From: a virus
Taxonomy: Duplodnaviria > Caudoviricetes
Direction: 5' to 3' (one strand)
Length of the DNA stretch: 64,000 nt
Virus record (IMG/VR): IMGVR_UViG_3300025098_005131
The notes under the pieces are model-generated. The model had not been told where the DNA came from and did no database searches. It worked only from the letters and a program-made list of their open reading frames with translations. Below, piece by piece: positions 8,688-17,900 of this stretch; position 1 is the first letter of the stretch; each line of letters opens with the position of its first letter. Position numbers and translations under genes: made by a program.

Positions 8688-11600
8688 TCACTGGAAATTT
8701 TTACCGCCTGGGTTTTTTGAACCTTTAGCGCTGACATCGACAGGCTCAATGCCTAAATAATCATCTAAGAACTCAACAAAGTCCTTACTTAAGAGTTGTG
8801 ACTTATACTTCTTTTTATAATCTTTCAGCGCTTTGCTCGTATCTTTACCAATACCTTCAACAGGCAAGGTAAGCATCTCACTTGTTCCTGTTCTTCTATA
8901 GAAATCTGAGAGTCCCATACCTAATACAATTGCTTGATCAAGCTTTGCTTCAGGATAGTCACCTACCCAAGAAATAATTTCTCCTGCTGATGTCTGATTA
9001 AGTCTTTTCATTTGACTGCCTACTTTTCCAATAATTCCACTCGGGCTAAACATGTCGTCAATTAAATCTTCTAGATCGTCTTGGTTAAAAGGCCCACTAC
9101 CGTATTTACTTAGTAAAGGACGTTTTCCTTGCTGATAATTTCTGTTGTAGGTATCAACTGCTTTAACAAAATCACCTCTAGAATCAGACTTTCCTCGCAT
9201 GTAATCTTTTTGTTCTTCTCTACTTTGACCAACATTAGGTACACCTTTGCCAGAAGTTTTAATGCCTGTTCTTTCCATCACAATGTAAATAATTTTATTA
9301 AACAAATCTTTACCTTCATCAGGTCTAACTTCAGCAGCACCTTCGTTCGGTGATAAAGACTTAGCAATACCGGCAGACGGATATTTCTTTTTAAAGTATT
9401 CTTTAACAGATTGTGCCAGACCAACCTCAGTCCCTGGCCAAATTATATTGTTATAGTATTCTTTCATCAGGCCGGTTGCAAAAATTCTAAATCCTGACTT
9501 GTCATTAAACATAGACTCCATAATTGCGAAAGCCATAGTGTCCGGATCTTCTGCCTCAAGACGCTTCATGAGAGTGTCATATTCTTCTTCAGAATCAGCA
9601 AATGCTTGAATCTGCCTAATTTTTTCGCCTACTGCTTGTGGCAAATTGTCATCACGTTTCTCGTCAAAATATCGCTTAACAAACCTAGGAGAAGTATATT
9701 TGTTTATTAATTCTAGCATGTTTGATACATCAACTAGCTTTTGACTTCTAGAGTATTTTCCTGCAGCTTGTGCTTTGTCCAATACAGATCTTGGTATTGC
9801 TTTATCTAAAGTTGAATCACTTGGATTGACTTTGTCTCTTTTAACAACAAACGACTGATCATCAATTAGATCTAGTTGCTTAAGTCTTTCATACCATCTT
9901 TCTGCAATATAAGAATATATTTCTGCTTTGTCGCTAGGAGAAAAGTTTAGGAATACACTTTTTATCCAAGACTTAACGCCGTACTGTCTAGCACCTTGTG
10001 ACCCTGTAAATGAACCTGCTGATGCTCTCTTGATGTCTTCCCAAGACATAGGCTTATCAGCATCTTCTAGTCTAAACTTCTTATTATATTCTATAAATTC
10101 ATCGACAGTTACAGCTTTGTCTACAAGTTCCTGATAGATTTGTTCTCTTTCAGAGTCATTAATCATCTTAACAACATCTTTAGTGGCAAATCTCTCAATT
10201 ATCTCTTCAAACTCTTTTTTCTCTTCGACAGTAAGTTCTTCTGCTGGGATAATATCTGGAACATCGATTAAATTTCCATTTGTATCGTACTTGAACTCAC
10301 TAAATATCTCTGGATTAATTCTATCTTTAGTTTTTAATTCTAGATACTTAAGTCTTTCTAAGTCTCTACTTATTTGCTGCAAGTATTCTTTTGCCTCTAA
10401 AGAAGTAAAATTAAAATAGTTAGATGTCTTAATATCAGAAATTATATCGCCAGTCTCTATTTTATCTTCTGATTTTTGTTTATTAATTTTTGATATTTCT
10501 TCTTCGTCTGCATATAAAGGCTCACCAGTTTCAGGATCAATTTCTTCAGCGTATGATTGTTTGGTCTGTTGATCCTTACTTTTAAAGTAGTCTTCAACTT
10601 CTTTTTGCGTATCACTACGTTCTTCGTCACTTTGCATTGGTGCTTTTTCAAAATCTGCTCTATTGTCACTAAGTGGATACATCATTTCAAGTGCAGATTC
10701 AAACTCTGACTGCTTTGAAGGATTATCAGAAGAAGATCTTTTTAATAACATCATCAGTCTAGATTCAGAAATTGCAGAGTTGTTTAAATCATAATTTCCT
10801 TTTAGAAGTTCAGCGTGTGTTTCTTTTATGATCGCGTCTCTACCTGCTTTGTTTAGATTACCTCTAGACTTAAGAAAGCTAGCAGCAGCATCTCTTTCTG
10901 TATTGTTAACATCTAGTCTAGACTTTTCTTCGTCAGATATTCCGAGAAAAAATCTTGCTTGTGAGCTAAGCATTAAGCAGCACTCGATTGACTTTAAAAT
11001 CCACCATTTTCTTTTTGCAACAATTGACATGCTAGACTTGCCGTAAGCAGACATTTTACTAGTTACATCTCTTTCTAAAACATCCCAACCTGAAAGGACT
11101 GGATTTTTTTGACCAGGGACATACTTGCCTGTCCCAGTATATCCTAAATTTGTTGCAATCTTTTGTTTAGACATCTTGGCAGGATCTCCGCCAACAATTG
11201 GTTTAAATATGTCTATAATCTTATCAATTGTTTTTCCTGCGCTAGCCCCTAATTCAGAAGAATCATCTCCAGACATACTAAAATCATCAATATCCTCTTC
11301 AGACTCTATATTTGCAAGCTCCTCAGGTCTAGGCCCGACGTCATCAAACATACTTGTCAAGTCAATTGTTTTTCCTTCATTTAGTATACTAATATTCCTC
11401 TTCATTCCTTCGAGCATTATACTGTAAAGTTTTTTATCTACTTGATTACTATAAATAGAAGAAGCGCTCATTTCTTCGTTAATTATATCATTTACTGTTG
11501 TAAAGCCTAGATTACTATACTGAAGGTCTACAGTTTCTTTTAAGTTTTTAATAGCAGCAGTGCTTTTAGACTTCACGCTATATCTACTTTCGTAAAAGTC

Positions 11601-11804
11601 TAAAAGCGACTTTTCACTCGGATATTTTCCGTTTGACTCAACAAGTGATTTTAAATAACACTTAAATTCTGATTTAGCATCTTTATTGATGTATATGTTT
11701 GTAGAAGATATTTCACTTAAAATGTAATATTTTCTTTTAAAACTCTTGTTTTTTTCGTTTAGTATTTTTTGCGCTCTTAGACGCAGTTTACGTTTATTCA
11801 TCAA
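8688..11804 (-). CDS. Large hypothetical protein (1038 aa), probable internal virion protein
   Basis: Several L/I-x-E motifs in first 145 aa (KILNE, YILSE, DIINEE, SILNE). Confidence 0.7.
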   Translation of the reverse strand: MMNKRKLRLRAQKILNEKNKSFKRKYYILSEISSTNIYINKDAKSEFKCYLKSLVESNGKYPSEKSLLDFYESRYSVKSKSTAAIKNLKETVDLQYSNLGFTTVNDIINEEMSASSIYSNQVDKKLYSIMLEGMKRNISILNEGKTIDLTSMFDDVGPRPEELANIESEEDIDDFSMSGDDSSELGASAGKTIDKIIDIFKPIVGGDPAKMSKQKIATNLGYTGTGKYVPGQKNPVLSGWDVLERDVTSKMSAYGKSSMSIVAKRKWWILKSIECCLMLSSQARFFLGISDEEKSRLDVNNTERDAAASFLKSRGNLNKAGRDAIIKETHAELLKGNYDLNNSAISESRLMMLLKRSSSDNPSKQSEFESALEMMYPLSDNRADFEKAPMQSDEERSDTQKEVEDYFKSKDQQTKQSYAEEIDPETGEPLYADEEEISKINKQKSEDKIETGDIISDIKTSNYFNFTSLEAKEYLQQISRDLERLKYLELKTKDRINPEIFSEFKYDTNGNLIDVPDIIPAEELTVEEKKEFEEIIERFATKDVVKMINDSEREQIYQELVDKAVTVDEFIEYNKKFRLEDADKPMSWEDIKRASAGSFTGSQGARQYGVKSWIKSVFLNFSPSDKAEIYSYIAERWYERLKQLDLIDDQSFVVKRDKVNPSDSTLDKAIPRSVLDKAQAAGKYSRSQKLVDVSNMLELINKYTSPRFVKRYFDEKRDDNLPQAVGEKIRQIQAFADSEEEYDTLMKRLEAEDPDTMAFAIMESMFNDKSGFRIFATGLMKEYYNNIIWPGTEVGLAQSVKEYFKKKYPSAGIAKSLSPNEGAAEVRPDEGKDLFNKIIYIVMERTGIKTSGKGVPNVGQSREEQKDYMRGKSDSRGDFVKAVDTYNRNYQQGKRPLLSKYGSGPFNQDDLEDLIDDMFSPSGIIGKVGSQMKRLNQTSAGEIISWVGDYPEAKLDQAIVLGMGLSDFYRRTGTSEMLTLPVEGIGKDTSKALKDYKKKYKSQLLSKDFVEFLDDYLGIEPVDVSAKGSKNPGGKNFQ

Positions 11805-11808
11805 TCTT

Positions 11809-12210
11809 TTATACCTTTTCTAAAATTTTATTCACTGACTTAAATATTTTTTCAATAACCTTGTTATCTATTTCGCTACTATCGTAGTCGTCTAGTTTAC
11901 TTGCTAGATATGTAGACAACTCTTTTTTGTTTGCAGGCGTATAAACTTCAGGATCCATTCTGGCGCCCATATTTCGCTCAGAATAACCAATATAACCGCC
12001 AGAAACAAAGTCATCAGCCACTAAAGGTAAAATATATTCTTCTTCGTCTGGGATGTCTGTATTTCCTTCTTTATCTATAGGTGCAGGCCTATGGTGAACC
12101 ATGTGTCTTAAGTTAGTAAAACCATCTGGTCGCCCGCTTGCAGATACTTGATTTTCAAATAGAATATCTTTTGCTACTAATCTTAACTCGTTTAATGTTA
12201 TTTTTTTCAT
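11809..12210 (-). CDS. Hypothetical protein, probable internal virion protein
   Basis: Leader MKKITLNELRLVAKDILFE. Confidence 0.75.
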   Translation of the reverse strand: MKKITLNELRLVAKDILFENQVSASGRPDGFTNLRHMVHHRPAPIDKEGNTDIPDEEEYILPLVADDFVSGGYIGYSERNMGARMDPEVYTPANKKELSTYLASKLDDYDSSEIDNKVIEKIFKSVNKILEKV

Positions 12211-12262
12211 ACATAAATACTTTCGTAAAACAAATTAATTATTTGGAACATGCAATTATTAA

Positions 12263-12592
12263 TTAATGATATTCTTCTTTTTTTTCTTTTTTTAAAATAT
12301 CAAAATCAAAGTTGTCATGCAAAATACTTTGTTCAATTAAACTGTGTATGTTGTTTATATAGCTCGTTATAGTATAAAAGTCACTTAAGATTACCTTGTT
12401 TTCGTTTTGAACTTTTAAAATAGCATTTTCTAAAACTTTTATTCTATTATCTTTTTCTTTATTTTCTTTTTTTAAATTTTCAATATCTAATTTAATTAAT
12501 TTAATTTTACTAGCTGTCTCATATAAACCTGCTATTTTTTTATTTAAAAGGAGAATTTTTTTCAATTGCATCGTATAAGTCTTTTTCGTCAA
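12263..12592 (-). CDS. Hypothetical coiled-coil protein (start uncertain)
   Basis: Heptad-like segment LIKLDIENLKKENKEKDNRIKVLENAI; overlaps upstream gene. Confidence 0.6.
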   Translation of the reverse strand: MTKKTYTMQLKKILLLNKKIAGLYETASKIKLIKLDIENLKKENKEKDNRIKVLENAILKVQNENKVILSDFYTITSYINNIHSLIEQSILHDNFDFDILKKEKKEEYH

Positions 12593-12836
12593 TATCTCTT
12601 AGCTTATTAAGCTTCTTCTCTTTTATTTCATCAACTCTTTCGTCAACTAGCCGATGAATGTATTGATCTTCATTAACAAACTTTTCTGCAATCATTCGAA
12701 AAAAAGCTTGCATTGACAATTCTTTTAAAAATAAAGAAGCTCTAAGCTTTCTATGAACTTGCCCAGCAAGTTCAAAGTGTATGGTTTTATTATTGACAAC
12801 TTTTTCTATTTGTTTATTTAAATCTTTTTTACTCAT
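12540..12836 (-). CDS. Putative ribbon-helix-helix DNA-binding protein
   Basis: KTIHFEL strand then VHRKLRASL and SMQAFFRMIAEKFV helices. Confidence 0.55.
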   Translation of the reverse strand: MSKKDLNKQIEKVVNNKTIHFELAGQVHRKLRASLFLKELSMQAFFRMIAEKFVNEDQYIHRLVDERVDEIKEKKLNKLRDIDEKDLYDAIEKNSPFK

Positions 12837-13633
12837 TATCCTTGCTTTAAAGCGCCAGAGCTTGTATCATAGTTTGAATTAAAAATGCTGTATTTTTCGT
12901 TAGGATCACGTGAAGATGATATGCGTGTGTAGAAAGCATCTTCAAAGTCCACAACATATTTTTCAGCATAAAAGCCTGCGTCATTTGCAATTATGTTTTG
13001 CATAGTTATGCAGACAATTTTTTCTTTATCATATTTGTCAAACTTTTCCAAAGTGTCTATTGCAACTTCAACGTATCTTTCAATATCTAAGTTTGGATCT
13101 TTCTTTTTCTTGTTTAACTTTTCATATCCGGAATCAAGAGTATCTTCTAGACCTTCCAGCTCTTTTTCAAGTTTCTTAACATCACTCTTTTCTAGTAGAA
13201 ATTCTGATATGCCTTTTCTAGTATACATTACGTTCTTAGACGCTGCAAGCTTTTGTCTCATATCAAGTGCTAAATCAACATGAGGATCTTTAATTACTTT
13301 TGCTCTTAAGTCTTTAAGGCCTTCAATTCCGTCAATTAAAGCAGCAACTTGTTCTTCAGACACGCCTGTTGTTTGATCTTCAGGATCTGCTGCTTCTTCT
13401 TCTTTTTTGTTTTCTTCTTCATCACTGCTACTAGGGTCGTCGCCTGAACTATCTGAATCTGTGTCTAACAAGCTATCATCAAAACCATCACCTGAATCTT
13501 TTTTGCTTTCTTCTTCGTCACTGCTGCTAGAGTCGTCTGAGTCTTTACTTTCATCGTCTTCGTAAAGCACTCTTAAGCTTACTAGTTTGCTTTCATTCAT
13601 ATGATCATAGATTTTTTTACCAAACTTACTCAT
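12836..13633 (-). CDS. Hypothetical acidic low-complexity protein, probable virion protein
   Basis: Leader ending SLRVLYED; Ser/Asp/Glu-rich tract. Confidence 0.7.
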   Translation of the reverse strand: MSKFGKKIYDHMNESKLVSLRVLYEDDESKDSDDSSSSDEEESKKDSGDGFDDSLLDTDSDSSGDDPSSSDEEENKKEEEAADPEDQTTGVSEEQVAALIDGIEGLKDLRAKVIKDPHVDLALDMRQKLAASKNVMYTRKGISEFLLEKSDVKKLEKELEGLEDTLDSGYEKLNKKKKDPNLDIERYVEVAIDTLEKFDKYDKEKIVCITMQNIIANDAGFYAEKYVVDFEDAFYTRISSSRDPNEKYSIFNSNYDTSSGALKQG

Positions 13634-13642
13634 CTTACTCTC

Positions 13643-14371
13643 CTATAGGATTTTCGAAATCTTTTCAGCTTTTTGAATTCTCTCTTCTATGATATCCCAA
13701 TTAAGTTCTTTCATCATAGCGAAAACATATGCTTTACGATCTTTTAAATAATCCCTGTAATAACTATGCTCCCAACAGTCCATTACCACTATAGGAATGC
13801 AATTAATTAAAACAGAGTCACTATGTAAATCAACTACAGTATTAATATATTTCTTCAAGTTCATGTTGTAAACTGTCATAGCCCAGCCGTTTCTAGCAGA
13901 AAGGCAGCATGCGACAAAGTCTTCTTGCCAAGCATCAAATGTCCCGAAATCTTTTGATAACTTCATGTAAGATAAAGAGTCCATAGAAATATTACTGTTT
14001 AAGTCGCTAATATTTTGAAAATATAATCCATGCAAAAAAGCTGCATTGTGATTGTAAGTTTCGTCTATTTTAAGACTTCTAAATTGAGAATTATTTAAGT
14101 TTGCTTTTGACTTATCTACGCCATCAAGTCTTGCTGATATGTCGTTTAACTCTTTTACATAACCATCTAGCAACTCTTGATGTGCTTTTTTAGTCTTTTG
14201 GGACAACAGTTCAGTTCGCAAATCAAACTTTCCACTTTGCGTCACATATGCTTCAGATATCATTTGACTTTTTTCGTTGCTTCTCTTATTAGTAACAGGC
14301 TCGGTTTTAAGATTGTTTTCTCTTAAAGTTTTTTCAACTGCTTCTTTTACTAATTCATTTAAATCTTTCAT
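13643..14371 (-). CDS. sod: Fe/Mn superoxide dismutase with ~40-aa N-terminal leader
   Basis: KKAHQELL, HNAAFLHGLYF, FGTFDAW, NGWA, MDCWEHSYY (DxWEHxYY) ligand motifs. Confidence 0.92.
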   Translation of the reverse strand: MKDLNELVKEAVEKTLRENNLKTEPVTNKRSNEKSQMISEAYVTQSGKFDLRTELLSQKTKKAHQELLDGYVKELNDISARLDGVDKSKANLNNSQFRSLKIDETYNHNAAFLHGLYFQNISDLNSNISMDSLSYMKLSKDFGTFDAWQEDFVACCLSARNGWAMTVYNMNLKKYINTVVDLHSDSVLINCIPIVVMDCWEHSYYRDYLKDRKAYVFAMMKELNWDIIEERIQKAEKISKIL

Positions 14372-14898
14372 AGTGTAAATTCTCTCTCAAATTCTTTTAT
14401 TTCAACATCAAAAAAAACTTTATCATCACTCTTTATTAAATCATAATCGTTAAATGCAGGAGAGTCTGATGCATTTGTCTCAAATGATCTTTTTGTCTTT
14501 GCATCCGGATTTCTTTTAATAATAGTATTATCTTCAGGCTTTGATTTTTTACTTTTGTCTTTTAACTGTTCACTAGATTTCTTTCTAGCTTTTTCTTTCT
14601 TAACAAACTTTTCTTCTTCGTCACTTTCGTAAATAGGACTTTTTGACTGACTCATAGTTAAATCTTCTAAAGGCTCACCTGAAGAAAGTAGTCTGACATA
14701 TATAATGCCTTCTTTTTCTACTACACCTGCAATTGTATACATAAAGCCGGCTTTGTCTTTTACTTTTAACCCTTTTGCGTTTGCAATTAAATCGTTGTCA
14801 TTGTTATCTTTTACTTCAATTTCTCTTAAGTAGTGATTTATACGAGTATCATATTCCTCACGTAAAAGCCTAATCATTTTTTTCTCGTTAAGACTCAT
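14368..14898 (-). CDS. Hypothetical protein, probable virion protein
   Basis: Leader MSLNEKKMIRLLREE. Confidence 0.7.
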   Translation of the reverse strand: MSLNEKKMIRLLREEYDTRINHYLREIEVKDNNDNDLIANAKGLKVKDKAGFMYTIAGVVEKEGIIYVRLLSSGEPLEDLTMSQSKSPIYESDEEEKFVKKEKARKKSSEQLKDKSKKSKPEDNTIIKRNPDAKTKRSFETNASDSPAFNDYDLIKSDDKVFFDVEIKEFEREFTL

Positions 14899-14912
14899 TT
14901 TGATTCCTTACT

Positions 14913-17900
14913 TTATTTATATATATTCCAAAGTCTACGCCACTCTTTCTCCAGACTCGAAGAATTAACGCTGTCTTTCTTATTATATACTCTTTTAACC
15001 ACGCTTAAATCTTCTTTGTTACTACTCTCAAACAATAAATTAGTTAAACTACCTAGTATGTAGTCACTACTACTTTTATTTGATTTGTTTTCTAACTTTA
15101 GATTTTCTTCATTGTCCATCAAATCTTTAAACAACGCTTTCTTTACAGAATTACTATCTTCATCTAAAAATTTTCGTAAAAAATTTTTAACTTCTTTTTT
15201 GTAATCTTTTATTTTATTAGATTTAGGATAATAAATGTAATAATCGACGTTTTCCTCACTGCCAGTTTGAATTTTTTGCTTAAATTTGAATAAATTCAAG
15301 GTTCCATCAGATATTTGAGTTTTGCTGAACGACTCAAAATTCACCGGGGCGCCAAATGGTCCCGAGCTGATTGAAGCACATGTGAATTTATTTTCATGAA
15401 CAAATCCTACTATAAACGCAGTGTTTTCTTTTTTATACACGACTGGTAATAACAAATTTTTATCAAGTTTATTACCGTCTAAAAATTTTACCAAATTCTT
15501 CCGGAAGTCAATATTGCTACTGATTTCCTTTCTGGACACGCAAGTATTATCTGTATAAAAGTCCTGAAGCACAGATACTTCAACTTTTAAACTAGACAAC
15601 TTGCTGTTTGAAGATGATGATTTTGATTTATCTTTAGAAGGCTGTAATATATTGCCATCATCATCTTCTGTTCCATCTTGTGGTTCTTGTCCTGATTTAT
15701 CTTTATAAGCCTGTGATTCTGGCTCATCTGCGTCTATAAAACTAGCATTTAAGTTTGAAAAATCAAAACTGATGTTTTCAACGTCTAAATTACTAAACGA
15801 ATTTCCTATATCTTCAGGTGTAAGAGGAATATCATGTTGCACGGTAGTTTGATTAAACTCTTCCACGAGTTGTTGACCAGCATTATCTCCGAGTGAATCT
15901 TTTGCAGCTTCTAATCTATTAGAAACTGCAGTTTGTAAAGTAACTGCTTTTACTTCAGCTTTACTTGTAGCTTGCTTTACATTTTCAATTGTTGCGTTGT
16001 AGTAATATGAAAGTAATAAATTTAGACTTTCGATAAACTCGTTTTTAACTGCTGATATGTCTGCTGGAGAACTGGCGTATTTAGAATCATACATTAAGAC
16101 TTTATTTCTTGTTAGTATATCTTCAAAGTCTTTTCTTTTAATCTCTTTTTTCTTTATTTCTTTCTTTCTGCTCTTTTTGCCGATTACATCAAAATCTTTA
16201 AGCTCAAATAAAAGCTCTGTCAAAGATCTTTCGTGAACATAGATACCTTCAACAATTTTCGCATCTTTTAGAGCTTCGATTATTGAAGAGTCTAATCCTT
16301 TTAGATGCTTCTTAGCTTCCGCATCAATTTTTTTTGTTAAATCAGATTTATTTACTTCATCTTTCTGCACAGGACCAAGTCCTACAGTGCTATGACCAAT
16401 TAAAGCGCCAACAGGCATACCAAGAATACCTGCAGTAGCAAGTGCTACAGCACCTAAACCACCAGTTGCAATAGCGCCTAGAACACCAACAGTTAAAGGA
16501 ATGGCAGCACCAACCCCAAACCTAAAGCCTTCCTTTCGAACTTGTTCTTTCTTGGCATCAAGCATTTCTTTTTCGTACTTCTCTTGAGCTTCACGACGCT
16601 TCTCGTTATATGCTTTTTCATCTTCTGCTTCGAGAAGCTTTCTACTTATGCTCTTACATAATTCTTCTAACTGCGAATCTTTTGCTTCTTCTTCACTAGG
16701 TTCTACTCCGTAAAATAACTCACACTGGTCTTTATATTCTTGACAACCATTAATTATTTCTTGAACTTTTTCTTCATCACCTTGAAAGAGATCATTTAAA
16801 ACTTCTTTCATAATTTCTTCAATTGGAGTTGGTTCTTGATTAAGATTAGATCTTAAAACATAGAAAATCAAGCTTTTAAATTCTCTTTCTTTTACATGCC
16901 TCTGAAAGTTTTCAAACAAGCTGTCAATAAGCTTACCATCAAAGTCAAACATAGGAGAAAAAGAAAAATACTTTAAAATCGTAGCCAACTCATCAACGTC
17001 TTTTCCTTGTAGTAATTTTGCAAAGAAATCTTCGTAACTTTTTTCTTCTTCTCTTATCTTTCTTGCAACAAAATTTAAAATAGGCTTATTCTTTAAAACA
17101 AGATTTCTCTGCGTGCTTGAACTTCCTATATTCACTGTTTTTAATACTTTATTAAATCTTTGACAAGTTTCGTTTACTCTTTTCTTAAACTCATCCAGAC
17201 TCTCAATATAAGTACTTTGGTCTTCATCACTACCAGCAGATTCTGTTGCAGCGGCTGTAATTGCTGCTTCTAGCGACTTAGGCACTTTGTTGTTAAATAT
17301 GTCTGTATATAATTGATCAGGCTCAAGATCTTTTTCTAACTTAATCTTTAGTTCTTGAAGATCTGAAGTAATAATAGAGTTAAACGACTTAAGCAAAGCA
17401 TCGTCTACAGGCTTAGCATCGTTATCACCATACAACAGTTTTTTTATAGTTTCACTCGAATTAGTGTCATCTTTTTGTAGTGCTTCTTTTTGTTTATCAC
17501 TACCGCTAGCGTACAAGTTTCTAGCAAGGACTATATTTGGTTCTTCAGATTGTTCTTGTCTATTTACGATTAAAGATAGACTTCTTTCAAGTTCTCTAGC
17601 TGCGTTTTCTAATCTACCTTTAAAGTCTGTCGGGCTTGGTGGTTTAGTTGGCGGTTTAGACTCAGGTTGTACTACCTGTTCTTCTTCTGGCTGCACTTGG
17701 TCATCTTGAGAAGCACTTTCATCTGATGGCTCGTTATCTTCGAGATTCTCGCCGCTTAAGTTTTCAATAGCAGCTTCCGAAGCTTTATGTGAAGCTTTTA
17801 TTACCTGCGCAAATTCATACGCTAGTTGCTCATTATAGATACCCCAGAACTTTTGAGTTTCAATATGTTTACATATTCTAGCAAGTCTTTGTTCGCTTTT

